Positions 33,932-43,634 of a stretch of 64,000 nt of DNA are shown one piece after another. Below the pieces are notes generated by a model that worked only from the letters and a program-made list of their open reading frames with translations, was not told the DNA's origin and did not search any database. How positions within the stretch are numbered: position 1 is the first letter of the stretch; each line of letters opens with the position of its first letter. The stretch lies in the NCBI GenBank assembly GCA_964019335.1, contig OZ025710.1:434001-498000 (forward strand), written 5' to 3'. The DNA comes from Diplonema japonicum (lineage: Eukaryota; Protista; Euglenozoa: Diplonemea). Both the position numbers and the translations under genes were made by a program.

Positions 33932-35278
33932 ATGCGTTGGTACCCGAAAGTAGAAGTTCAACACATAAAGGGCACGGATCATGGTGAAAAAACGAAGCAA
34001 TACATCATCCCGTTTTTGAAGTACGAGGGTGATGGCCTGTGGAAGGTGCTGTGGACAGACGGGAACGGGGTGGTGTGGGAGGGGTGGGAAAATATCACGG
34101 AAGTGAAAACAGACATGAAGGCGGAAGCAGGCGACGAAATCGAGTTTTGGTGGATAGACTTCGATGATGCCCAAGGTAACACTATCTGCGTGAAGAAATA
34201 CTACACGAAGGATGGAATAGAATCTCGGTCTAGGGATACAAGACACAACAACTTGAATTATGCCACCCCTTCGACATCAAACCTCCGCATGGCTGTGGAT
34301 GGACTGAAATCTACACCGCAATCCCTCAAGGGTACTACAAACTTACTATGTAACCTTCTCCTCTGGAAAAGAGCGAACCATTGGGCGTCCTTTACTCCTG
34401 AAGAATTTGAACTCCTTTACGCATACTACACCCACGTCACAGGTTCACCCTCGGGGGTCTTCTACAGTACACAAGCAGCGTCGATACTAACCACAGCATC
34501 TCTTATAACGCATTGCACTGACCACTCCTTGTTGTCTAAAAAGCAGCGAATAAGGCTAGTCACGGTAGGGTTTGATTGTTTGTCGCACCCCGCCTCGTAT
34601 AAGGAGCACTCCCGCGATGTGTACACTGTGTCGTCTTGTAAGAAATGTGGGTTCACGTCCCCCGCAGTGCAAATCTTTCGCAATACGCTTCTGTGCGCAC
34701 ACCATCACCGCATGAGTGCCGAAACTGACGGGTGGGACACCAACTCATGGAGTTCAGAGGAAAAGGTCGTAGAACAAGAATACAGAACAGAGTCGAAGAC
34801 AGCCGAGCAGAAAGATTATGATCCATGGGTTCTTGAGGATGAGGAGAGAACTGGAAGCGAATTAAAACAGTCGAGGCAGCCGAAATATGAGAAAGAAGAA
34901 GAAGAACCCATTGTACCCCCCACCAGGCCTGTTCTTGTCCCGCTCCGAATCGAGGTACCTGAAGACGTTACCAAACCCCCAGTAGATATAAGGAAAGCAA
35001 TGCAGACATTAAGGAAAAAGGAAAAATACGCTGTGGGCAGTGGGCATGTTTGCAAGACTGCAAGAGAGTGGGCAGAAGAAGTGGAAAAGCTGAAGGAGAA
35101 GAAGCGTGTCCCATCCGATTTGGAGATCGAGGGGGATGAGCTGGCGTTCCTAGAAGAGCTGCCGACGGTTAATACTGGCATGTACAGAACGAGTCCCGAT
35201 GGGAACCGATACGTAAAAAGAGCATTCATGCTTCGTTACGGAAGCACGAGGCAATGGGAGAACGCACACAGAGTGTGA
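33932..35278 (+). CDS. Hypothetical protein (~448 aa)
   Basis: Long ORF of coding-like composition starting at an ATG after a pyrimidine tract/AG and purine-rich leader; has CxxC...C..HH and a short C-terminal SPDGNRY..RAF..RYG...W motif. Confidence 0.75.
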   Translation: MRWYPKVEVQHIKGTDHGEKTKQYIIPFLKYEGDGLWKVLWTDGNGVVWEGWENITEVKTDMKAEAGDEIEFWWIDFDDAQGNTICVKKYYTKDGIESRSRDTRHNNLNYATPSTSNLRMAVDGLKSTPQSLKGTTNLLCNLLLWKRANHWASFTPEEFELLYAYYTHVTGSPSGVFYSTQAASILTTASLITHCTDHSLLSKKQRIRLVTVGFDCLSHPASYKEHSRDVYTVSSCKKCGFTSPAVQIFRNTLLCAHHHRMSAETDGWDTNSWSSEEKVVEQEYRTESKTAEQKDYDPWVLEDEERTGSELKQSRQPKYEKEEEEPIVPPTRPVLVPLRIEVPEDVTKPPVDIRKAMQTLRKKEKYAVGSGHVCKTAREWAEEVEKLKEKKRVPSDLEIEGDELAFLEELPTVNTGMYRTSPDGNRYVKRAFMLRYGSTRQWENAHRV

Positions 35279-36028
35279 GGTGCGTGAGAACCACCATTTC
35301 TATCTATCTCCTGTTGGCCCTACTGGCCCATCCCTCAACCTTTTCACACCTTCGGATGTGGATTTGGGATCAATGTTTGTGGACCCAGGCATTATCTTCA
35401 CACCTCTCTTGCCTTACCTTGTACTCCTGTCCTTGGAAAAAAGTGGGAGTTGAAGAAATTACAGAAGAACGAAACAAAGAAGAAGAACCCCCCCCCCTCC
35501 GCCCAAAGACACACAACTAAGTACAGCACTAAATGGCGGCTGTATAAAACAACCCCCTACCTCTCGAGGGCGATAAGACCAGCTCGTCAACAGAGATATT
35601 TCTTTTTCTTTTTTTTAAAATATTGTTTTCCCAGCAATACAGGGATCAACCACGCGTGGCTAGCTATTTGTGATTTGATTATTACCCCCCCTGTTTTTTT
35701 CTCTTTTCTTCATCAGGAATCTGTGGCTAAGGCAATCTGATGAAGTTTCGCCACGATAAGGGTAAGCTTAGTTTGCACACCCACCCATCCGCTAAAAAAA
35801 AAAAGAGTCGGCTGATTGTTTGTGCAAGCCGTTTTCACCTACAGTAGGGATAAACGGACAAGCTGCCTCTACTCTTTTTTGCAATAACAATTCTTTTCAA
35901 AAATTTGTTTACTTGTTCCAGCAAAAAAGAGTCGGCTGATTGTTTGTGCAAGCCGGACCCCCCATATAGAGGAGGGTTAAGCGCCCAGGAATACCATGGG
36001 GCACCGGCCTCTACGTTTTCTTGGTGAA

Positions 36029-37585
36029 CTAGCTGTTCACCCACCTGCGCTGCCAAGCCAGCCTAGTGTAGGCGTCGGCGGGGTTGTCCTTCGATGGGAC
36101 GTATCTCAGCTGGAGAGTACAATCCCGTTCCTGCAGTACGGATTGCAACCTCGCGATCCAACCCATCGTCCCTTCGTCCAGCGCGTATCCCCTTGCCACA
36201 GCCCCGATAACGGCCTTGTTGTCGCAGCCGCCCACAATGGCCAGACCGCCGCCTGCCCCCGACACGAGCTCCACGAGGCGTAACACCGCCACCAGCTCTT
36301 TCTCGAAGATCGGAATGTCCTTCCAATCCCGCGGAAACACGCCGCATGCGTAGCGGTCCTCGCCCACGGTGACACCCCATCCCAGCATGCTCGCGTCCGA
36401 GAAGGCCTCCACCGGCTGTCTCGAGCGACGGTCCCAGACACACCACAAATTTTGGGCCAACTGTTCCGTCTCACCAGCCAGGCAAGTCCGTGTGTCCTCG
36501 TCCAAGGTAACCTCCGTCTCCCAAAAACTCTTCCGGCGCATGCTCTGACCCCTTGAAGTGCGGGACATCCAGCGAAGAATCGGTACCACCCCCACGAAGG
36601 GCCTCAGCGTAGCATGCCGTCTCCAAAGCAGGACGCCGGCGAGCCTCCACCACAGTCTAACCGGTGCCTCCCGAGCGCGCAAGAGTGTAGAAGCGGGCCC
36701 GGCCACCTTCTGCACCCATCTTGTACTCATTCGCCATCGCTTCTCCCCGAGATCGATCTCCAAACCGAGCGTCTCCATCTTGGAGCACGGCTCCACCCGG
36801 TCGCCAATCACCACGCGAAACTCCGTGCACAGCGACTCGAATCTGGCACAGACCTGTTGCAGGGCGGCAAGCGTAGCAGCTCCAAACAAGTTGTTGTCTA
36901 TCCATGCGTGATGACGAGCAGGAACGTCCTCCGTCGCTGCAGCACCCAAAGCTAAGCATACCCGTTGAGCACCCTGCGGAGCCGCCCGATACCCCATGGG
37001 TAGCCTCGTCAGCCTGAAGTAGGAAGGCATGTCGTCCCCCGCGCCTCGGATTCGGAAGGAAAAGAACGGCCTAACCGCCTCCGGTAAACCGAACTGGAAG
37101 AAAAAGGAGCGGAAATCGTACTCTGCGCAGTACTCGCAGCTCATTAGATCGGCGATGATGTCCCGGTATGCGGGCAGGTTGCAGCTGGGCAGAGGCACGT
37201 CCAAAGTAGCGTTGTTGAAGTCCGTGCAGGCAAGGATAAAGCGCAGCCTCGAGGGATCCTTCTTCGGGACAGTGAACGCGGAGTGATACCACGGGGCGGA
37301 GGACCTCGTTGACGGCTCGGTCAAACCCATCATCCAGAGGGAACGTGCGTGGGGTCGTAGCTTTTCGTTAGGGGGACCCGGAGACTTCCTAAAGGACTGC
37401 TTCACCACGCTTCTAAGGAAATGGACGTCCGTCCACCATCGTAGAGAACCCTCCAGCCTAGGGAACCTGAGCAACAAGCCATCCGTGTCGATCGTGGAGG
37501 TGGGTATTCTGTCGACCTCACCGATGTACGCCGCCTTCGGCAGCCACACTCGAACCCAGCTCCAGCCACGACTCCACATAATCAT
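36029..37585 (-). CDS. Reverse transcriptase + RNase H of the YR retrotransposon
   Basis: RT: FTVPKKD..LRFI, EYDFRSFFFQF, RLPMGY..AP, AWIDNNLF, ETLGLEID. RNase H: FSDASMLGWG, IFEKELVAV, CDNKAV, YVPSKDNPADAYTR. Confidence 0.92.
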   Translation of the reverse strand: MIMWSRGWSWVRVWLPKAAYIGEVDRIPTSTIDTDGLLLRFPRLEGSLRWWTDVHFLRSVVKQSFRKSPGPPNEKLRPHARSLWMMGLTEPSTRSSAPWYHSAFTVPKKDPSRLRFILACTDFNNATLDVPLPSCNLPAYRDIIADLMSCEYCAEYDFRSFFFQFGLPEAVRPFFSFRIRGAGDDMPSYFRLTRLPMGYRAAPQGAQRVCLALGAAATEDVPARHHAWIDNNLFGAATLAALQQVCARFESLCTEFRVVIGDRVEPCSKMETLGLEIDLGEKRWRMSTRWVQKVAGPASTLLRAREAPVRLWWRLAGVLLWRRHATLRPFVGVVPILRWMSRTSRGQSMRRKSFWETEVTLDEDTRTCLAGETEQLAQNLWCVWDRRSRQPVEAFSDASMLGWGVTVGEDRYACGVFPRDWKDIPIFEKELVAVLRLVELVSGAGGGLAIVGGCDNKAVIGAVARGYALDEGTMGWIARLQSVLQERDCTLQLRYVPSKDNPADAYTRLAWQRRWVNS

Positions 37586-37642
37586 AGGTTCTGAACACGT
37601 CCGTCAAACTGACCGGCCAACGCGGCACCGCCGGCTGAGACC

Positions 37643-38479
37643 TCACTGCAGGCTGGCGCCTCCCGCCCGTGTCTCCGCCGACGCCTGCCACGTCTCGGGA
37701 GGTATATATAACCTCGTTGTAGACGCCTCTGCGTGTCGAGCCATGCTCTGGGCCGTTCCTTCCCCCAGACGTCGCGCCACGTGAGTCAACGCCGCATGTC
37801 TTATGTCGTGAGCCGTGACGTTTAAGCTCTTCATCAGGAAACGGTTGTACGCTACGCGGGATATCGTTGGGAAGACCCTTCGGTCCGGTGTAGCCGACCG
37901 CATCCTTCCTTCGATCCACCGCTTCGCAGACCCAAATAGGTTTCCGTCCGACGGGACCACGACCCCCTGACCCTTCCCTTGTCGGTCGGTCTTCCCGCCA
38001 ACCAGCATGATCAAGGTCTCCCCGGGGCGGGGGAACACGTGCCCTATTAGAAGACGTTCTACGTCCACGAACCGACCGGCCGTGCTCCATTGCAAGGACA
38101 GGGCAGCCGTCAACATGTCCTGCGGGGACGAGATCACACTGAGCACCTGCTCCCGTGACACCAGAATCCTCTGGCTTTCTAGGCGATGGTTGAAAACCTC
38201 CAGTCTCCCTTGGAGGGAACGACGATAGGCTGCCGTCGGGCCGACCTGACCCATCCGCCAGTAAGTCATGTACTGTAGTGCGGAGGAAGCGGAAATCTGC
38301 CCCGCACTGCGTTTCCTTTCTATCCATAGCAGGAAGGCCTCCTCCTCCGATATCGTCGGATGCCATCTGCGTACCTGCTCCGCGAATTGCCGACCCCTGC
38401 GAAGGACCGAGACCACCGAGTCTTGAGATTTGTAGCAAGTCCCCATGAACTCTTGCGTTTGCAGTAGTAGGGGTCCCAC
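37643..38479 (-). CDS. Tyrosine recombinase of the YR retrotransposon (start uncertain)
   Basis: Catalytic set present: AGR, KTD, HDIR, ARH, and TTRLY (nucleophile Tyr). Confidence 0.9.
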   Translation of the reverse strand: MGPLLLQTQEFMGTCYKSQDSVVSVLRRGRQFAEQVRRWHPTISEEEAFLLWIERKRSAGQISASSALQYMTYWRMGQVGPTAAYRRSLQGRLEVFNHRLESQRILVSREQVLSVISSPQDMLTAALSLQWSTAGRFVDVERLLIGHVFPRPGETLIMLVGGKTDRQGKGQGVVVPSDGNLFGSAKRWIEGRMRSATPDRRVFPTISRVAYNRFLMKSLNVTAHDIRHAALTHVARRLGEGTAQSMARHAEASTTRLYIPPETWQASAETRAGGASLQ

Positions 38480-38659
38480 TTCCTCCTTCGCGATCGAATA
38501 GTCGTTTAACCGCGGCCGACCCTTCGGAGTCGCAGAGGGAGTGAGAAACGTTTTTGATAAATGAAAAAGAGGAGCGAGCGGGGGGAGGGAACCGTTGACG
38601 GGAGCTAGAGAAGTACTGTTCTGATTGGTACGAGTTAGGGATGGTGGATGAGTCAGCTG

Positions 38660-39698
38660 TCAATGCCTCGCCTTTTTTGGACCCCCACCGTTGAAGTAAT
38701 TCGGTCTCTTTGAGGGTTCTGACCTAAGAGGTTCCGACTTTACCGCCGCCGCCAGCCGAGCCGCGGCGCTGATGACATTGCCATCAACCTTCGTCCATTC
38801 CAATCCTTCCAGCCTTTCCTCGTACACCAAGGCCCTTTCCATGCCGGATTGGCGATCCGGAGCCTTGGCCCTGATACGGCAACACTCCAGCTGGACCATG
38901 AGATCGTGCGCCAGCGGAAACAGGGCCTCCCCTACCGTAGAGCGGGAAGATATGCGTCAGGTACCGGAACAACCTACGAACATCGTGTTCGTGTCCACGC
39001 GCAGTGTCCCGGGCGTCCTCCGGGATCGGTCCGTAGCGAGTCCGGATGTTTCCAAGGAGCTGACGTCTGAGATGGGCGTGCGTGACGTGTCCGACCCAGG
39101 ACGTCACTCTTCTGGTGTCCACCGAATACGGAAGTTCGTCTGGCACCAGTCCTGCTTGGCCCCCTTCCAGGCCTGCGTGGCCTCCTCCTAGGCCTGCTTG
39201 GCCCCCTCCCAGGCCTGCGTGGCCTCCTCCCAGGCCTGCTTGGCCCCCTCCTAGACCTGCTTGGCCTTCTCCTCGACCTGCGGGGTCGGTGGATCCCTCC
39301 TGGTCTGCGAGGCCCAGACTCTTGAGCCCCCCCGGGCTGCTCAAGAATGCCCTGAAGGCGCCCATCAGCCCCTCCGTCAGGACGGGGGCCTGTTTCTCCT
39401 CCCTAGCGGGGGAGCCCAGCAGCACCAGAGGTTCGCCCTCCTTCTGGACCGCCCATAGACACCGGGGGCAGAGCCAACCCCTGGAGCCCAGGTCCTTTAG
39501 AAGGTGGGTTCCATCCCTTTTGTGGACCTGCCTGAGGCAGGCTTCGTTGCCCAGGCAACCACATCTGGGGCAATGGAACCCCGTTTTGTGCTCCCGGTCG
39601 CAGCCGGCAGCACAGTCCGGGTCCGCCGGCGCCGTGGGGGCCCCCTCCGGGTATAGCATAACCGACAACTCCGACGGGTCGATGTCTGCGCAAGCCAT
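38660..39698 (-). CDS. gag-like ORF1 with PHD-like zinc finger and Gly-rich heptad repeats; probable frameshift near 38940
   Basis: CAAGC...CPRC..NEAC...WLCPRC; about six G(Q/H)AGLGG repeats; the protein-like reading continues in the 38660-38899 frame. Confidence 0.65.
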
Positions 39699-40049
39699 AT
39701 TTTTGTTTGTGCAAGCCGTTTTCACCTACAGTAGGGATAAACGGACAAGCTGCCTCTACTCTTTTTTGCAATAACAATTCTTTTCAAAAATTTGTTTACT
39801 TGTTCCAGCAAAAAAAATAAGTTTCTTGTCAGAAACAATGCCTCCGGAAACAAAACGGTAGTAAGCATTGGACGACCATTTTATGCTGCTAGTTTTTTTT
39901 GGGCGAAAACAACTTTTTTTTCCCCAAGAGACTGGATATGAAGATTTTCAGAAATCCCTGCGACAATTAGCGAATAGTTGACCGCATCCAAAAGAAAGAA
40001 AGAAAAAAAAAAAAAAAAAAAAATACAAAGGTCCACACTATCATAATAA

Positions 40050-40981
40050 ATGACCGATGCAGTGAAGGATGTGACGGCGGGCACCATCAGTGGGATGTGT
40101 TCGAAGTTGATCGAGTACCCGTTCGACACGGTGAAGGTGCGACTCCACACCGACACAACGGGAAGGTACAAGGGCGCGCTTGACTGCTTGAAGAGCACAT
40201 TTAGCGAAGAGGGTCTGAAGGGCATCTACAGGGGCGTCGGGAGCCCCATTGCTGGTGCAATGGCGGAGAACGCCACCCTATTCTGGGCGTACGGCATGGC
40301 ACAGAGAAACGTAAAGTCCTATTATAACATGGGCGAGAAGGACCAGCTGTCCCTGACGCAGCTTGCCCTTTGTGGGTCTGCTAGTGGTGTTGCCGTGTCT
40401 CATGTGCTGTCTCCTGTAGAACGGGTGAAGTGTCTGATGCAGCTGCAGGAGATCGGGCTGACGAAGACAAAGTACTCGAACTTTGTTCAATGTGCAATTG
40501 GAACCATCAAGGAAGGTGGCATTGCGAACCTCTACAAGGGCCACACTTCCATGCTTCTCAGGGAGCTCCCCGGCAATGCCGCGTGGTACGGCTGTTACGA
40601 GTCCTTCTGCAAGCTGTTCTGTAACTACCGGTCGTGCACCAAGGACGACCTCCCTTCTTCTTACATCGCCCTTGCTGGTGCTCTGGGAGGCTGTGCCTAC
40701 TGGTCTGCTTTCTTCCCTGCCGATGTGGTTGGGTCACGCATGAGGGGGGCTGATGCTACATCCTTCTCGGCAACCTTTAAGGAGATCTACGCCACGCAAG
40801 GCGTGCGGGGGCTTTATAATGGATGGGGTATTACTATGGTATGTTCGGGGAAGGGGGGAAAAAAAAAAATATATATATATATATATATAATAAAAAAATG
40901 AAGATCCGTGCTTTCCCTGCCAACGCTGCCATCTTTGCAGTCTACGAGAAGGTCAGGAAGGAGTTGGACACCGTCATGTAG
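40050..40981 (+). CDS. Mitochondrial carrier (SLC25; ornithine/basic amino acid or carnitine carrier-like); exons 40050-40838 and 40904-40981
   Basis: Three carrier signatures (PFDTVKVRL, PVERVKCLM, PADVVGSRM). Removing intron GTATGT…AAG restores IRAFPANAAIFAVYE. Confidence 0.92.
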
Positions 40982-41633
40982 GCGTATAGCGTTGGGTAGC
41001 CAGAATTGAATCTGAGTTTCTTTTTTTTGATATGGTCAATTATTTTATTATCAAGCCCCAAGGCAACAAAGGAAAAAAGCCCAAAAAAATTCCTTCACTC
41101 ACGCCCGTGCTTATTCTTTTGAGTTGTTTGATCGATTTACACCTTTCTTGGTACCTTTTTCGAGTTTTTTTTTTTTTACAAAATAATTGACCATATTGAA
41201 GTCTTTGTATGCACGGAAAACGATGGAGGAGAGAGGGGAAGAGAGAAATAAAAAAACGTTTCAGAGACATTGATTTTCCCCCCCTCCTTTCTCGAGGACC
41301 CCCTCAGGAGAAAGGTGAACAAAGAAAGAAAGGAGGGAAATAAAAAGGAGGGGAACAAGAAAAAAAAAAGAAAGAAAAAAAAACGTTTCAATATGTAGCC
41401 AGTTGTTTTGCTATTTTGTCAGTGGACCCCCTTCTCACAAAAATGAAGAGAAAAAAAAAGAAGAAACACTTCCGCATCAGTAGATAGAAAAGAAGAAGAA
41501 AAATAAAAGAAATAAGAAAAGAGAGAAATAGGAACGGAGAGGGCACACCTCCTGCGTACAGTATAATACCCCCCCCCCCCCCCCCCCCGTATCTTTTTCT
41601 TCACACCAACCAGAAGGGCGAGGACACCACATA

Positions 41634-41885
41634 ATGCATGTCCGTGTGCGCAAGTTGTACAAGGAATTGCTGCACCTCTCGGAGTACCACCCAACCCTTC
41701 CATCGAACAGAGTCCGCGAGAAGATTCGTTTAAAATTCATGGAAAATAAGAACATCGAAGTAGGTAGCAACGATTGGAAGAGGAGCCTTGCATGGGGACG
41801 GTACTGGGTGAAGGAACTAGAGGCCCTGATCTACTTGCACAAATACAGAGCGTTGAGAGAACGGTACAACACTGAAGAAGACTGA
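41634..41885 (+). CDS. LYRM5: LYR-motif protein 5 / electron transfer flavoprotein regulatory factor 1
   Basis: LYKELL LYR motif and C-terminal KELEALIYLHKYRALRERY, characteristic of LYRM5/ETFRF1. Confidence 0.85.
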   Translation: MHVRVRKLYKELLHLSEYHPTLPSNRVREKIRLKFMENKNIEVGSNDWKRSLAWGRYWVKELEALIYLHKYRALRERYNTEED

Positions 41886-42029
41886 ACGAGAGATGGGAGA
41901 TGGGAGGGAGTACTAACCACTATTCCCCCCCCCCCCCCCCCCCCCCCTCATGGTGTCCCGTCTTTCTATTATTCATAAATCTCGAAGACCACGGTGGACC
42001 GTGGGAGGGAGGGAAGAAAAAGAAAAAAA

Positions 42030-43193
42030 ATGAAAAATGCAGATGCGTCTCAGGTGACTTTTCAGCACCCCGTCATGACAGACAGCAACACCTGCGGGAC
42101 GAACACACCTTCACCAAGGTGCAGGCTACGAAGGCAGAACTTAAGTTTCAGTTTAAAGGCTGCACACGCACATGGGACAGGGACCCGGCGATGCTTGAGC
42201 ACAGGGGGTATGGATGTTGGAAAACTGATTGATCGAAACGATAACAACGATGAGGATCCCCCCGCAAGCAGGACGAACCTGGAAGTGAACTTCAAGTTCG
42301 GCGATGAGGATGTTGAGGACAGCGTCTCGGCTGACGAGGACAGCGAAGCTGAGCAGGCGGCTGTTCCTGTGCAAGACCGTCACGACTTCCGGTATCTCGT
42401 CGCAGGGGCGTGCCTGCTGACGGCCGCCTCAGGTTACACCAACGCCATTGCAGTGCTCAGTATCGGCAAAACGGCTACCCATGCCACTGGCGCCACTACC
42501 TACACCGGCATCCACATTGTCTCCGGCCAGTACCAAGCTGTGATGCAAGCCGTCGCAATGCTTCTGTCGTTCCTGTCTGGCTCCATCATATGGAGTGCTT
42601 TTGGTGGCTACGGATCAGAGCGGTTCGTATTAAAGCCACGGTATGGTGTGTTCTTGGTGGGAGGAGGCTGCTTGCTGAGTATCGGGCTTTGGTCGGTGTC
42701 CGCGGGCCACGGCACAGCGGGGGGCTGCGTGATGTCGTTCTGCAGCGGGGTGCAGAACGCGCTGTGCACATCCTTCAGCGGTGCTGTGATACGGACCACC
42801 CATGTCACGGGGATGCTCACCGACATCGGGATCTCCATTGGACACTACCTGCACGGCTTTTTCACCAACACCCTCACCACATCCCCACCCCCAGACACGT
42901 GGAAGCTTCGCATCCTTCTCCCCCAGTACGCTTCGTACCTTACCGGTGCCTTTCTCGCTGCACTTTTCTTCTCGCTTGTTGGAATCACTGCAGGGTACCT
43001 CGTTTCCTGCAGCCTCACCCTCGCTGGGATGGCGTACATCTTTGCAAGCAGCAAAGGCCACTTTGACACGCTCGTCGAGGAAGAACTCGAGGAACAAGAG
43101 ATAGAAGAGATGGAGAGGAGGTTCTCTGTCGCTCTGCACACCGCACTCCACACAGGCGTCGGGTCAGGAAGGGGGTCGTTTATTAGGTCATGA
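42030..43193 (+). CDS. DUF1275/YoaK-like membrane protein
   Basis: SGYTNA, THATG, GVQNA and RTTHVTGMLTDIG motifs; several hydrophobic segments. Confidence 0.85.
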   Translation: MKNADASQVTFQHPVMTDSNTCGTNTPSPRCRLRRQNLSFSLKAAHAHGTGTRRCLSTGGMDVGKLIDRNDNNDEDPPASRTNLEVNFKFGDEDVEDSVSADEDSEAEQAAVPVQDRHDFRYLVAGACLLTAASGYTNAIAVLSIGKTATHATGATTYTGIHIVSGQYQAVMQAVAMLLSFLSGSIIWSAFGGYGSERFVLKPRYGVFLVGGGCLLSIGLWSVSAGHGTAGGCVMSFCSGVQNALCTSFSGAVIRTTHVTGMLTDIGISIGHYLHGFFTNTLTTSPPPDTWKLRILLPQYASYLTGAFLAALFFSLVGITAGYLVSCSLTLAGMAYIFASSKGHFDTLVEEELEEQEIEEMERRFSVALHTALHTGVGSGRGSFIRS

Positions 43194-43634
43194 GACTACT
43201 CAACATGCATTGTCATGCATCCTTTGCTTTTCCCCCCCATATTTTCTTTGGTTAAGTAAAACATCCCTTTTACCCATTGCGACAACTGGTGAGCGGCTAT
43301 TCCCAGGACCGCTGTGTCGTCATGCGGATACTGTGCGAGTTCGGGTTTTCTGTGCGGTGATGTGTTTCTACAGGGACCGTCATCGGTTGTGCTTGCCAGC
43401 CGATGGCTTAGAGCACTTGGCCTAGCATATGCGGGGTGGTAGTAGATACATGATCCACCTGCTGCTGTTGTCGTTGTCGTCGATTTGGGTCACTTCGTTA
43501 CCATTCATGTGTTGGTCTTCCGGCTGGGACCACGTGGAGGTGGGTCCTGGGGCGGTTCGACACGGGGTGCTCACAATAAAAAAGACAGTGCTACATAATA
43601 ATACACATATGCCCGGAAGAAGCGAGCCACTATA

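Larger units (their letters stand above)
35799..39817 (-). mobile_element. Tyrosine-recombinase (DIRS-order) retrotransposon with VIPER-like gene order gag-YR-RT/RNase H and split direct repeats
   Basis: On the minus strand: A1 (39703-39809), ORFs, then B1 (35929-35955), A2 (35832-35922), B2 (35805-35831). Both ends sit in A-runs. YR and RT/RH motifs are present. Confidence 0.93.

Noticed and set aside
39082-39774. Plus-strand 230-aa ORF with PAWPPPR repeats
   Set aside because: Antisense reading of the 21-nt minisatellite in the retrotransposon ORF1.
43194-43634. GC-richer spacer with short ORFs, considered as a small gene or retroelement relic
   Set aside because: No recognisable motif in the frames I examined.
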